From: an uncultured Nitrospiraceae bacterium
GTDB taxonomy: Bacteria; Nitrospirota; Thermodesulfovibrionia; Thermodesulfovibrionales; Dissulfurispiraceae
Reading direction: 5' to 3'
Length of the DNA: 64,000 nt
Assembly (NCBI GenBank): GCA_963705105.1
Contig: CAVPIW010000007.1
Coordinates: 292,715 to 356,714, forward strand
Part shown: one piece after another, positions 41,089 through 51,488 of the stretch
How the letters are laid out: each line of letters starts with the position of its first letter
Position numbering within the stretch: position 1 is the first letter of the stretch
Notes under the pieces: generated by a model
What the model was told of the DNA's origin: nothing
What the model saw: the letters and a program-made list of their open reading frames with translations, nothing else
The model's database searches: none
Made by a program: the position numbers and the translations under genes

Positions 41089-42963
41089 ATGGATACATAC
41101 AGGGCAAGCATGATGGTGTGCGGAGGCACCGAATGCGTTTCCAACGGAAATCTCGAGCTCAGGAACGCTCTGCTGGCAGAGCTTAAGAATAAAGGACTCG
41201 AAAACGAAATAAACGTCGTCATGTCAGGGTGCCACGGCCTCTGCGCGCGGGGTCCAATCATAGAGGTTTCCCCGGGCGACGTCAAGTACGAAAAAGTCAC
41301 CGTCCAGGACATCCCCGTCATCGTCCAGGAGCATCTCGTCGGGGGGACTCCCGTCGATCGCCTGATCTGCAAGGAGCCGCCGAAGGAGTATGCCGTACCG
41401 CTCACAAGGGACATGCCCTTTTACAACCTCCAGGTGTTGAGAGCGCTGAGGAACAAGGGGATTATCAACCCCGAGAGCATTGACGAGTACATCGCACGGG
41501 ACGGGTATCGCGGTGCGGCCAAGGCCCTCACCCAGATGACGCCGGAGCAGATCATAGAGCAGATGAAGATTTCCGGGCTGAGGGGACGCGGAGGCGCAGG
41601 CTTTCCGACGGGTCTCAAATGGGAATTCTGTTACAAGGTGCCGTCGGACCAGAAGTTCATCCTCTGCAACGGTGACGAGGGAGACCCGGGCGCCTTCATG
41701 GACAGGAGCATCATGGAGGCCGACCCCCATGTCGTTCTGGAGGGCATGATCATAGGCGGCAAGGCGATTGGTGCAAGCAAGGGCTACATTTACGTCAGGG
41801 CCGAGTATCCCCTCGCCGTGCGGAGACTGCAGCTCGCGATCAACCAGGCCAAGGAGTACGGCCTGCTCGGTGATAATATCCTCGACAGCGGCTTTAACCT
41901 CGACATCGAAATCTACCAGGGCGCGGGCGCTTTCGTCTGCGGCGAAGAGACGGCCCTCATGCGGTCCATCGAGGGAAAGAGAGGGATGCCGAGGCCCAGG
42001 CCTCCTTTCCCGGCCCAGAAGGGCCTGTGGGACAAGCCCTCGGTGCTCAACAACGTCGAGACATATGCGAACATTCCCCAGATCATCATCAACGGCGGTG
42101 AATGGTACCGGGGCCTGGGGACGGACAAATCAACGGGCACGAAGGTCTTTGCCCTGAGCGGCGCCATCACCAATATCGGTCTCATCGAGGTGCCCATGGG
42201 CATTCCGCTGAGAAAAGTCATCTACGACATCGGCGGCGGGGTACCGAAAAAGAGGAAATTTAAGGCGGTGCAGCTCGGCGGTCCGTCAGGGGGCTGTGTT
42301 CCCGAGGACCTGCTCGACACCCCCGTCACCTATGAGGACATCGTCAAGACCGGCGCCATCGTCGGGTCCGGCGGCATGGTCGTGATGAACGATCTCAACT
42401 GCATGGTCAGCGTCGCCCGGTTCTTCCTCGACTTCACCACCGAGGAGTCCTGCGGCAAGTGCCCGCCCTGCCGGATCGGGACGACGGTGATGCTCGACAT
42501 CCTCGACAAGATCATAGAGGGTCACGGACGTGAGGGCGACATCGAGCTGCTTCAGGACCTCTCACAGGACATCATCATCACGTCCCTGTGCGGCCTCGGT
42601 CAGACCGCTCCGAACCCCGTCCTGACGACAATCAAGTACTTCAGGGACGAGTATGAGGAACACATAAAGGAGAAATGGTGCAAGACCGGCGTCTGCAAAG
42701 AGCTCTGCGCATTCCATGTCGATGAGGCCAAGTGCACCGGGTGCGGCGCCTGCAGGCGGATCTGCCCGAAGACGGCGATAACGGGGGAAAAGAAGAAGCC
42801 CCACAAGGTCCATCAGCATCTCTGTATCCAGTGCCGCTCCTGTTATGAAGTCTGCCGTTTCGATGCCATGAAGATCGGCCCGAGGAACCTGAGGGATAAA
42901 CTCCTTGAGGAGGAAAAGGCAGAGCTTGCAGTGGCGGCGGCCGGACAGGAGGTGCAGTCATGA
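41089..42963 (+). CDS. NuoF/HydB/HndC-like FMN-NAD(H) subunit with a C-terminal 2x[4Fe-4S] domain
   Basis: GRGGAGFPTG, CNGDEGDPGAFMDR, CGEETAL, ESCGKCPPCR, CTGCGAC, CIQCRSC. Confidence 0.93.
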   Translation: MDTYRASMMVCGGTECVSNGNLELRNALLAELKNKGLENEINVVMSGCHGLCARGPIIEVSPGDVKYEKVTVQDIPVIVQEHLVGGTPVDRLICKEPPKEYAVPLTRDMPFYNLQVLRALRNKGIINPESIDEYIARDGYRGAAKALTQMTPEQIIEQMKISGLRGRGGAGFPTGLKWEFCYKVPSDQKFILCNGDEGDPGAFMDRSIMEADPHVVLEGMIIGGKAIGASKGYIYVRAEYPLAVRRLQLAINQAKEYGLLGDNILDSGFNLDIEIYQGAGAFVCGEETALMRSIEGKRGMPRPRPPFPAQKGLWDKPSVLNNVETYANIPQIIINGGEWYRGLGTDKSTGTKVFALSGAITNIGLIEVPMGIPLRKVIYDIGGGVPKKRKFKAVQLGGPSGGCVPEDLLDTPVTYEDIVKTGAIVGSGGMVVMNDLNCMVSVARFFLDFTTEESCGKCPPCRIGTTVMLDILDKIIEGHGREGDIELLQDLSQDIIITSLCGLGQTAPNPVLTTIKYFRDEYEEHIKEKWCKTGVCKELCAFHVDEAKCTGCGACRRICPKTAITGEKKKPHKVHQHLCIQCRSCYEVCRFDAMKIGPRNLRDKLLEEEKAELAVAAAGQEVQS

Positions 42964-45413
42964 TCGAGCTGACCATTGACGGAAAATATGTCGCCGTTGA
43001 GCCGGGCACGACGATCCTCGAGGCTGCCCTGCAGAACGGTCTTTATATCCCCAACATGTGCTACGACCGCAGGCTGAGGCCCTACGGCGGATGCAGGCTC
43101 TGCGTCGTCGAGGTGGAGGGTCAGCCGAGGCTCTTCGCCGCATGCTCGTCACCGGTTACACCGGGCATGATCGTCCACACGGAGACGCCGAAACTCGCCA
43201 AATGCCGCCGGACGGTCCTTGAACTTATGCTGCTTCACCATCCCCTGGACTGCCCCGTCTGCGACAGCGCGGGCGAGTGCGCTCTCCAGGACCTCACCTT
43301 CAAATACGGCTCCTCGCAGACCCGCTTCTTCGCCGAGAGAAAGCACGAACCCGAGCGGCTCGACGCGCCCATCGTGGAGCGGAACATCAACCGCTGCATC
43401 CTCTGCGGCAAATGCGTCCGCGTCTGCTTCGAGCACCAGGGCGTCGGCGCCATCGAGCTCCTGGGCAGGGGGTTCGAGACGAAGGTGAGTCCCGCCTTCG
43501 AAGAGACGCTTGACTGCGAATTCTGCGGCCAGTGTGTCGATGCCTGCCCTGTAGGCGCCCTCGGGACACGCCATTACAGGCACAAGTCGAGGGTCTGGTA
43601 TATGGAGGAGTATGAGATCGTCTGCCCCTTCTGCGGCTGCGGCTGCACGACGAACGTGAGTCTCCGCGATGAAAAGATCATCCGTGCCAGGGGAAGGGAA
43701 GGCGTCGGGATTAACGAGGGCAACCTCTGCAGCAAGGGCCGTTTCGGCTTTGACTACATTTACTCGGAAAACAGGCTGACCACACCCCTGATCAGGAAGG
43801 ACGGGGAACTCGAACCGGCGTCGTGGGAGGAGGCTTTCTCGTTCATAGCCAGGAAGCTTCAGTCCCTTCGTGAGCGGTATGGACCGGGCGCAATCGGGGC
43901 TATCGGCTCCCAGCGATGCACCATCGAGGACGGCTTCGTGCTCCAGAAGTTTATGCGGGAGGTCATCGGCTCCGACAACATCGATTCCGCTGCGCGGTTC
44001 GGCTATGCAAAAACGCAGCAGGCCGTGGAAAAGGTCTTCGGATTGGACCAGCTTCCCATCGTCTGGAAATCACCTCTTTCAGCAGACTTCATCCTCGTCG
44101 TCGAGTCGGACATCACCTCGACGCTGCCTGTGTGGGGCCTTAACTTTATCCATGCGAAACAGCGTGAAGCGGAGCTCGTCGTCGCCGATTCAAAGAAGAC
44201 GAAGCTCTCCCGTCTGAGCTCCCGGTGGCACAGGATCCGCCCCGGCACAGGGGTGGTTCTCCTGAATGGGATCATGAAAGTCATCGTCGATGAGAACCTG
44301 TTTCCCAAGGACAAGGTGTCGTCTATTGCGGACTTCAACGCCTTCGTCGGGAGCATCAGCGGATTTACGCCGGCCTATGTGTCCGAGCAGACGGGCATAC
44401 CGGAAGAGGAGATCGTCGGCCTCGCAAGGAAGTATGCAGCAGCCGGAAAGAGGCTCCTCGCCCTCACCTCGAACGCCTCGGAGAACACGAAGAGCCTGAG
44501 CACGCTCCTGGCTGCGGCAAACCTGGTCCTCCTCATGGGGGACGCTCCGGAGACGCTCCAGATCCCTGCCGAGTTCTCCAACACACTCGGCACATGGATG
44601 GCGGGCGTGAGGCCCCTCGGAAAGGGCAAGGACGTCTTCGAGATGCTGTACAAACCGGGCAGCGTCAAGGCGCTTTACATCATGGGTGAGAATCCGCTCG
44701 TCGCCCTGCCCGACGTGAACGCCGTCGAACATACACTGAAGGGCCTCGAGTTCCTCGTTGTGCAGGATATCTTCCTGACGGACACGGCAAAGAGGGCCGA
44801 TGTCGTTCTTCCGGCCTGCAGTTGGGCCGAAAAGGAGGGCAGCTTCATGTCCGCAACAGGCCAGATCCAGCGCATCCCGAAACTCGTTCCCGAGAAGGGA
44901 GACGCCCGTCCCGACTGGATGATCGTCACCGGCATCGCGGCAGCGATGGGACAGGATCTGGAGTTCAGCGATATTCAGCAGGTGAGGGCCGCCGTTTCGG
45001 ATCTCGTCGTCTCCGGGACGTCAGGGGAGATGAAACCGTCATTCGCCGTCGCGAATTACCAGGTCCTCGAACAGCCCGACGAGAGCTACCCCATGGTGCT
45101 CGCCACGTCGATCATCCTGCAGCATTCAGGCTCGCTCTCGGCCCTCTCGAAAAACCTCGATTCCGTCGTCTCCGACGCCTATCTGCAGATCAACACGGTA
45201 GACGCGCAGCATTACGGGATCAGGCACGAGGATTTCGTGAGGGTCACGTCAAGAAGGGGAGAGGTGATCCTCAAGGCGATCGTCTCCGACGAGGTGACGG
45301 CGGGCACGGTCTTCGCGCCCATCCACTTCGCCCATGTCAAGGTGAACACACTGACATACCCGTCCCTGGACGGGGGCATTCCCCTCGTGGCGGTGAAGAT
45401 CCAGTCTCTCTGA
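42960..45413 (+). CDS. NuoG/FdhA-like molybdopterin-oxidoreductase-fold subunit (SfrA-like)
   Basis: N-terminal [2Fe-2S], HPLDCPVC, CILCGKC, CEFCGQC, CPFCGCGC...LCSKG; DSAARFGY at the position of the FDH Cys/Sec ligand. Confidence 0.85.
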   Translation: MIELTIDGKYVAVEPGTTILEAALQNGLYIPNMCYDRRLRPYGGCRLCVVEVEGQPRLFAACSSPVTPGMIVHTETPKLAKCRRTVLELMLLHHPLDCPVCDSAGECALQDLTFKYGSSQTRFFAERKHEPERLDAPIVERNINRCILCGKCVRVCFEHQGVGAIELLGRGFETKVSPAFEETLDCEFCGQCVDACPVGALGTRHYRHKSRVWYMEEYEIVCPFCGCGCTTNVSLRDEKIIRARGREGVGINEGNLCSKGRFGFDYIYSENRLTTPLIRKDGELEPASWEEAFSFIARKLQSLRERYGPGAIGAIGSQRCTIEDGFVLQKFMREVIGSDNIDSAARFGYAKTQQAVEKVFGLDQLPIVWKSPLSADFILVVESDITSTLPVWGLNFIHAKQREAELVVADSKKTKLSRLSSRWHRIRPGTGVVLLNGIMKVIVDENLFPKDKVSSIADFNAFVGSISGFTPAYVSEQTGIPEEEIVGLARKYAAAGKRLLALTSNASENTKSLSTLLAAANLVLLMGDAPETLQIPAEFSNTLGTWMAGVRPLGKGKDVFEMLYKPGSVKALYIMGENPLVALPDVNAVEHTLKGLEFLVVQDIFLTDTAKRADVVLPACSWAEKEGSFMSATGQIQRIPKLVPEKGDARPDWMIVTGIAAAMGQDLEFSDIQQVRAAVSDLVVSGTSGEMKPSFAVANYQVLEQPDESYPMVLATSIILQHSGSLSALSKNLDSVVSDAYLQINTVDAQHYGIRHEDFVRVTSRRGEVILKAIVSDEVTAGTVFAPIHFAHVKVNTLTYPSLDGGIPLVAVKIQSL

Positions 45414-45420
45414 GAAGCCT

Positions 45421-46989
45421 GTGCCGACAGACCGCTACCGCGTCATGCTTGAGAGCATCCCCGACGGGGCCTATGCCGTCGACGGTAAAGGATGCATTTC
45501 TTTCTGGAACAGGGGGATGGAGCTGCTCACGGGACGCCCCGTCCTTTCGACAGTCGGAAAGGCCTGCCATGAGGTTCTCCGGTATGAGGACAGGCCGGGA
45601 TCGCCGGTGCCTGTCTCCGATTACCCCGTGCTTCAGTGCCTCCGGTCCCGGTCTGTTGTATCGAGGCATCTCTACATGAGGGACAGTGAAGGCGGGACGA
45701 GGTTTATCGAGGAGCTGGCCGTGCCTGTCCTTTTTGGTGGAAACAAACGCGCCGGCGCCCTTGCCGTCCTCCGTGACAACTCCCGCATCATGCCCGTTCT
45801 TGAAGAGTCGCTGAGGGCGCAGCGGAGGGAAAGGCTCATCCCGATCTGCGCCTGGTGCAAGAAGATCAGGGCCGATGATGACTCATGGGAGCGCCTCGAA
45901 GGGTTTCTGACGAACGAAGGCATCGGCGTCCTGTCTCACGGGATCTGCGAGGACTGCGCGGAAACAATCTTCAGCAAGAGGGTCTACCTCGAGAGCTATC
46001 AGCAGATCTGCAAGGCCATCAGCTCCAGTCTTTCGCTGAAAGAGGTGCTGGACCTCATCGTCCGCAACGCCGTCCGTGTCATGAACGTGAAAGCCAGCAT
46101 GCTCAGGCTCGTCAACAGGGATACGAAGGAGCTGGAAGTTGCGGCCCACTACGGGCTGAGTGACAGGTACGTCAACAAGGGGCCCGTCGAGTTCGACGGC
46201 AGCCTCGACCAGCCGGGGAAACCCCTCTCCATATACGACATAACGAAGGACCCCCGCGCCAGGTACAGGACCCATGCCGAAGAGGAAGGCATCAGGAGCA
46301 TCCTCTCCGTCCCCGTCGCGCTCAAGGATGAGATGATCGGCGTCCTGAGGATGTACACGGCCGAGCCCGTCAAATATACGCCGGAGGACCTGAAATTCAT
46401 GACGGCCATCGCCGAGCAGGCGGCCACAGCGATCATGAACGCACGCATCTTCGAGAGGTCCCTGTCTCACGCCCGCGAATACCTGAGGGTCTTTCAGGAG
46501 GTCACGAGGGCCGTCAGTTCGACGCTGAAACTCGGGGAGGTGCTCGGTCTCATCGTGCGGAAGCTTCCGGAGGTGATGGACCTCAGGGCCGCCACGATCA
46601 GGCTCCTCGACGAAAAGGGCGAAAAGCTCGAGCTTGCCGCTGCCTATGGCCTGAGTGACCGCTACCTCGGCCGGGGTCCCGTCGATGCCGAAGACAATGT
46701 GCGGGAAGCTCTGCAGACGAGACCCGTGGCCATTTTTAACGTCTCCCGCGATGCCCGCGTCCACTACCAGCGGGAAGCCCTCGACGAAGGCATTGCCAGC
46801 ATGCTGACACTTCCCATCGTCGCCAGGGGCAAGGTCATCGGCGTCCTCAGGCTCCTGACGGACAGGCCGCGGGAGTTCACCGAGGAGGATGTGGCTTTTT
46901 CCGCTTCACTGGCAGAGGTCTGCGGCACGGCCATAGAGAATGCGCGCATCTATGAACAGCTTCACAGGCAAACGGGGACACAGCCATGA
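45421..46989 (+). CDS. PAS + Cys-rich motif + tandem GAF sensor protein (no output domain seen)
   Basis: PAS (FWNRGME.LTG), ICAWCKKIR...SHGICEDC, two GAF repeats. Confidence 0.8.
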   Translation: MPTDRYRVMLESIPDGAYAVDGKGCISFWNRGMELLTGRPVLSTVGKACHEVLRYEDRPGSPVPVSDYPVLQCLRSRSVVSRHLYMRDSEGGTRFIEELAVPVLFGGNKRAGALAVLRDNSRIMPVLEESLRAQRRERLIPICAWCKKIRADDDSWERLEGFLTNEGIGVLSHGICEDCAETIFSKRVYLESYQQICKAISSSLSLKEVLDLIVRNAVRVMNVKASMLRLVNRDTKELEVAAHYGLSDRYVNKGPVEFDGSLDQPGKPLSIYDITKDPRARYRTHAEEEGIRSILSVPVALKDEMIGVLRMYTAEPVKYTPEDLKFMTAIAEQAATAIMNARIFERSLSHAREYLRVFQEVTRAVSSTLKLGEVLGLIVRKLPEVMDLRAATIRLLDEKGEKLELAAAYGLSDRYLGRGPVDAEDNVREALQTRPVAIFNVSRDARVHYQREALDEGIASMLTLPIVARGKVIGVLRLLTDRPREFTEEDVAFSASLAEVCGTAIENARIYEQLHRQTGTQP

Positions 46990-47771
46990 ACGGTTACATC
47001 CAGAGGAGAATCTGCAGGAACAGCGGCGACGCCTTTGAGGAATTGCCGGACCTCCTGGCGATCGAAAGGAGGCTGAGGATTTCCGTCAACGGCCGGGAGG
47101 TGCTGAGCCTCTACTGCACTCCCCTCATGGTCCGCGAGCTCGTTGTGGGAATGTTCCTGACGGAGGACCTCATAAAGGGCGGCTGGTGCGCCGAGAGGAT
47201 GACGATCCAGTACGGTGACGATGTCCTTGTCGACATTCCCGCCGAGGGAGACGTGGACATGGAAGGGGGAGTCATCACCTCGGGATGTATCGGCGGCATC
47301 ACGTTTCCGAAGAGGCTTGCACTGAAGAGGATCGAAGACCCCTTTCAGGTTGCCGCCGGCACGGTGAAGCACGTTTTCAGGAAATTCCAGCATGCATCGG
47401 AGCTGTACAAGCTCACCGGCTGCGTGCACAGTGCGGCGTTGAGCGACGGCAATGACATACTCTGTCTTGCCGAGGACATCGGCAGGCATAACGCCGTCGA
47501 CAAGATCATCGGCTATGCCGTGCTCGAGAACATACCCTTTGGTGGTAAAATAATGCTTGCCAGCGGCAGGCTCTCGTCGGAAATCGTCTCGAAGTGCGCC
47601 AAGTGGGGGATCCCCGTTGTGGCAAGCAGGACGTCACCGACGAGCCTCGCCGTCGAGATCGCCGACACATATGGCGTGACGGTCATCGGATTCATCCGTG
47701 CGGACAGGATGAACGTCTACACTCATTCATGGAGAATCACAGAGGCTGTACCTGTGAGAAAGGAGGAATGA
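46986..47771 (+). CDS. fdhD: Formate dehydrogenase accessory sulfurtransferase
   Basis: TSGC, TGCVHSAA, EDIGRHNAVDK, SGRLSSEI, SPTSLA. Confidence 0.92.
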   Translation: MNGYIQRRICRNSGDAFEELPDLLAIERRLRISVNGREVLSLYCTPLMVRELVVGMFLTEDLIKGGWCAERMTIQYGDDVLVDIPAEGDVDMEGGVITSGCIGGITFPKRLALKRIEDPFQVAAGTVKHVFRKFQHASELYKLTGCVHSAALSDGNDILCLAEDIGRHNAVDKIIGYAVLENIPFGGKIMLASGRLSSEIVSKCAKWGIPVVASRTSPTSLAVEIADTYGVTVIGFIRADRMNVYTHSWRITEAVPVRKEE

Positions 47772-47774
47772 TTC

Positions 47775-48272
47775 ATGGGAACGAGAGGCAGAGAGATCGT
47801 CGGAATGGATGTCGAGGAGCTGCTCAAGCTTCTGAACAAGGCTTTCGCCGATGAGTGGTTCGCCTATTATCAGTACTGGCTGGGGGCCAAGGTCGTGAGG
47901 GGCCCGATGAAGGACGCCGTGGCCGCAGAGCTCCTGCAGCATGCGACGGAAGAGCTGATGCACGCGGGCATGGTGGCGAACCGGATCATTCAGCTGGGCG
48001 GCAAGCCCGTGACGGAGCCGAAGAAATGGTATGAGTGGTCCGGCTGCGGTTATGAGCCGCCAGATGATGAGTATGTCAAGACCATTCTCACCCAGAACAT
48101 ACGGGGGGAGCAGTGTGCCATCAGCTACTACAGTGGGATACTGAATATCACCCGCGACAAGGACGTCGTGACGTTCAACATGGTCACGACGATCCTGGAG
48201 CAGGAAGTCGAACACGAGGAGGACCTGCAGTCTCTCCTTGAAGACCTCGATCTGATGGTCTCAAGGGCATAG
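47775..48272 (+). CDS. Ferritin-like protein (bacterioferritin/DPSL-like)
   Basis: ADEWFAYYQY, EELMHA, GEQCAI, EVEHE. Confidence 0.85.
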   Translation: MGTRGREIVGMDVEELLKLLNKAFADEWFAYYQYWLGAKVVRGPMKDAVAAELLQHATEELMHAGMVANRIIQLGGKPVTEPKKWYEWSGCGYEPPDDEYVKTILTQNIRGEQCAISYYSGILNITRDKDVVTFNMVTTILEQEVEHEEDLQSLLEDLDLMVSRA

Positions 48273-48497
48273 CCAGTCCACAGGCCGGCACGTCGCTTCC
48301 CCTGCGGGGGGGGGTCGGTGCCGGCCGTTCTTTACCCTTCGCAGGAATCGTCATGCAATCGCCTTTCCCTCGCAGCCGAAACTGCTCATCCGTCATTCCC
48401 GTGCAAGGAATCATGGTCGTTGGAAAGTCTTGGGGGTATAATTAAACAAGGTCTGAGACCCTGTTCATTCCTTCAGGCACGAAAGGAAACGGTGACT

Positions 48498-49742
48498 ATG
48501 AAGAAAGCGATATCAATTGTCCTGACCCCTCTCCTGTCGATCGCCCTGGCTGCGATTGCCGTGAATTGCAGCAGCGACCCGAAACCCTCCGCCGTCGCGA
48601 CCGGTTCAGGCGATCAACCGGGTCTGACCCGCACCGTCTTCCTGTCCGGGTTGAGTTCACCGTGGGACCTGGCCTTCACGCCTGAGGGCGCAGTGTTTTT
48701 TACCGAAAAGTGCCGTGGTCTTTCGGTGCGCCGCGCAGACGGGACCGTCCAACGATTGTTCGGCTCTTCCGGCTCCGCCCTCATAGCCGGCGATTTCTTC
48801 TGTCAGGGTCAGAGCGGCATGCTCGGTGTGGCCGTCGATCCCAGGTTCGCGGACAACCGCTTCGTATATGTCTACATGGCTTCGAAGCCCGGCAATACGA
48901 AGACGAATCACGTCGTACGTCTCACCGTCGATGCCGGTTACAGGACAGTCAGCGGCCGCAGGGACATCGTTGCCGACATTCCCTTCAAAAGCGGGGCCAC
49001 CATCTGGGGAGGGGCAGGGACGCACAGCGGCGGCCGCATTCGTTTCAGTCCTGACGGCGGGTTCCTGTACGTCACGACCGGCGATAACCACAACGGCCCG
49101 CTGCCGCAGGACCTCAACCGGCTGGGCGGCAAGATATTGAGGATCGATCGCGACGGGAAGGCTGCGCCGGGAAACAACACCCCGGCCGGCGGCGATCCCC
49201 GCATCTTCACATACGGGCACCGGAATGTGCAGGGCATCGCTTTCCGCCCCGGCACGGGGCAGCCCTTTTCATGCGAGCACGGACCCGGGCATAGCGACGA
49301 GGTGACGCCCCTGGCGGCGGGCGGCAACGGGGGATGGGACCCGCAACCGCAAGCCGGTGTCACCTGCGCAGGCGATTACTGCGGGTACATCTCGAACAAT
49401 CGCAGCGGAAAGCCCACGCCGATGACCGATCTTTCCCGGTTTCCCGACGCGCTTCGGCCTTCGTGGAACAACGGCGGCGAGTCCGAAGGCATGGGGCCCT
49501 GCGTCTTTCTCAGCGGCACCCACTGGCGGGGGTGGGACGGACGGCTGGCAGTCGGATTTCTGCGGGGCGCGCGCATCGAGATCCTCCAGATGGATGAGGC
49601 CGGTATGACGAAGAATAACACGCCTGTCCCCGGCATACCGGCCGAGCGCATGCGTTCCCTCGTCCAGGGTCCAGACGGTGCTCTTTACGTGGCCGTCGAT
49701 TCCGGCGAAATCTGGAGGCTTGCCGTCAGCCCGGGTCCGTGA
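48498..49742 (+). CDS. PQQ-dependent sugar (GSDH) dehydrogenase, lipoprotein
   Basis: Lipobox-like AVNC, HSGGRIRF, GKILRI, YGHRNVQG. Confidence 0.88.
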   Translation: MKKAISIVLTPLLSIALAAIAVNCSSDPKPSAVATGSGDQPGLTRTVFLSGLSSPWDLAFTPEGAVFFTEKCRGLSVRRADGTVQRLFGSSGSALIAGDFFCQGQSGMLGVAVDPRFADNRFVYVYMASKPGNTKTNHVVRLTVDAGYRTVSGRRDIVADIPFKSGATIWGGAGTHSGGRIRFSPDGGFLYVTTGDNHNGPLPQDLNRLGGKILRIDRDGKAAPGNNTPAGGDPRIFTYGHRNVQGIAFRPGTGQPFSCEHGPGHSDEVTPLAAGGNGGWDPQPQAGVTCAGDYCGYISNNRSGKPTPMTDLSRFPDALRPSWNNGGESEGMGPCVFLSGTHWRGWDGRLAVGFLRGARIEILQMDEAGMTKNNTPVPGIPAERMRSLVQGPDGALYVAVDSGEIWRLAVSPGP

Positions 49743-49790
49743 GGGGAGAAGTCCCCCGACAGTGGTTCCTGCCCATTTGAAGCCGCAAAA

Positions 49791-50453
49791 AACCACAGGG
49801 CCGGACATCTTTTCCAGGGCAGATACAAGGCCGTTGTTGTTGACGCCGACGCATACGCCGGAGAGCGTTCACGGTACATTCACCGGAACCCTGTAAGGGC
49901 AGGGCTCGTCGACCTGCCGGAGGATTATCCCTGGTCGAGCTATGCGGCATACGCCGGCAAGACGAAATCACCTGCCTGGCTGACAACAGACCGGCTGCTG
50001 CACTATTTTGGCAGGCGACCTTCCTCTGCCCGGCATGCCTATCGGGCATTCGTCGAGGCAAAGACAGGCGGCATGCAAGGAAGCCCTCTGAAAGATTCCG
50101 TCGCTTCCTCGATACTCGGCAGTGCTGCATTCAGAGACGACATACGGGAGAAATACCTTGGGGGCCGGAAAAAAGACCGGGATGTGCCTGCGCTCGGAGC
50201 GTTAAGCAGAGTGAGGCCTGAAGAAATCATGGAGAAGGTCGGGGGCGAGTTTCAGGGGCAACCTGATCTGGCGAGGAAAGTCGGCATCTACCTGAGCCAC
50301 AGATACGGGGGATTGTCGCTCAGGGAAATCGGATGGCATTTCGGCGTGTGGGAATCGGCGGTTTCACAGGCGAGCCGCAGATTTCAGGCGACCCTTGAGG
50401 ACCGTGAGCTAAGGAGAAGGGTGGACAACGTACGAAGATCCCTGATTCTTTAG
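49791..50453 (+). pseudogene. 5'-truncated RAYT/Y1 transposase with a C-terminal HTH
   Basis: In frame with ORF 50073: GHLFQGRYKAVVVD...RYIHRNPVRAG...YPWSSY...IYLSHRYGGLSLREIG.HFG..ESAVSQ; the N-terminal HUH part is missing. Confidence 0.85.
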
Positions 50454-50539
50454 TATGTCATATGTGTAGACCCCAAATCTGGCCACGAAGCGCCCCCATG
50501 ATTCACATGTTTCGGATGTCAATGAGACAGGATCGGAAG

Positions 50540-50944
50540 TTACAAACCGGGCAGAACGCGATATTTCATGGTATTGAAGTGGGTGTCAAAGGAAAAGGCT
50601 GTGTCAATACGCAACCTTTCCATGAATGCGAAGCTGGTGCAGTCTGTATAACTGAAGTCAACGTCCCTGTATTTCAGGAAGATTTCCCAGGCCCTTTCCT
50701 CATCTCTATCCTGAACAGCAGCAAGACTGGCAAAAGCACTGTCTTTCAGTCTTTTGCCGAATTCGGCAGCCACTTTCCAGCCTAACCTGACCCTCAGGAG
50801 GGTTGCCGTTTCATCGAATACAAAGTTGGTCGTTACCAAAGGAATCGGGTTTGCTGCGAGAAATTCAGAGGCAGCGTGATGTTTGGGGTCTTTGCTGTCA
50901 ACCAGCGCATACCACGCACCGGTATCAACAAAGATCCGTCTCAC
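50540..50944 (-). CDS. vapC: PIN-domain toxin (VapC family)
   Basis: IFVDTGAW, DET, SYTDCTSF, SFDTHF. Confidence 0.9.
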   Translation of the reverse strand: MRRIFVDTGAWYALVDSKDPKHHAASEFLAANPIPLVTTNFVFDETATLLRVRLGWKVAAEFGKRLKDSAFASLAAVQDRDEERAWEIFLKYRDVDFSYTDCTSFAFMERLRIDTAFSFDTHFNTMKYRVLPGL

Positions 50945-51189
50945 TTCTTCTTCCCATAAAGGTATCTATCGTGATCGCTCGCGACCGCAGAGCCGTCGCC
51001 CGCACCTAAGCCGATCACCCCAAATAGAGGGTCTTTCCCCCTGACAGGGGTCTCGGTCGCAAACTTTTCTGAAATGAGCTCTCTGACAATTGCAGACAGG
51101 CTCTTCTTCTTCTTTCTCGACAACTCAAGCAATCTCTGATATTGCCACTGCTCAAGCGATATTTGGGTTCTATGTTTAATGCCTTTCAT
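50941..51189 (-). CDS. Ribbon-helix-helix antitoxin (VapB-like)
   Basis: RTQISL...SLSAIVRELI...HDRYLYG; overlaps the vapC start. Confidence 0.85.
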   Translation of the reverse strand: MKGIKHRTQISLEQWQYQRLLELSRKKKKSLSAIVRELISEKFATETPVRGKDPLFGVIGLGAGDGSAVASDHDRYLYGKKK

Positions 51190-51195
51190 AATTAC

Positions 51196-51224
51196 ATCTT
51201 ACATCATCTAAAATATGATGTCAA
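51196..51224 (-). promoter_or_regulatory. Sigma70 promoter of the TA module with an operator palindrome
   Basis: TTGACA-17-TAAGAT; ACATCAT-7-ATGATGT overlaps it; the -10 box lies 6 nt from the ATG. Confidence 0.75.
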
Positions 51225-51243
51225 TGCCGCGTCCGTTAACTGT

Positions 51244-51488
51244 AGGTCGGGGGCGAGTTTCAGGGGCAACCTGATCTGGCGAGGAAAGTCGGCATCTACC
51301 TGAGCCACAGATACGGGGGATTGTCACTCGCCTGTGACACCGCCGATTCCCCGACGCCGAAATGCCGTCCGATTTCCCTGAGAGCCGCAGATTTCAGGCG
51401 ACCCTTGACGACCGTGAGCTAAGGAGAAGGGTGGACAACGTGCGAAAATCCCTGAATCTTTAGTATGTCATATGTGTAGACCTGACCC
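51244..51488 (+). repeat. Second copy of the RAYT 3' end (50236-50474) with an internal 56-bp inversion
   Basis: Flanks near-identical to the first copy; 51327-51382 is approximately the reverse complement of 50319-50374. Confidence 0.9.

Noticed and set aside
42960..45413. Selenocysteine formate dehydrogenase
   Set aside because: No in-frame TGA and no Cys at the ligand position.
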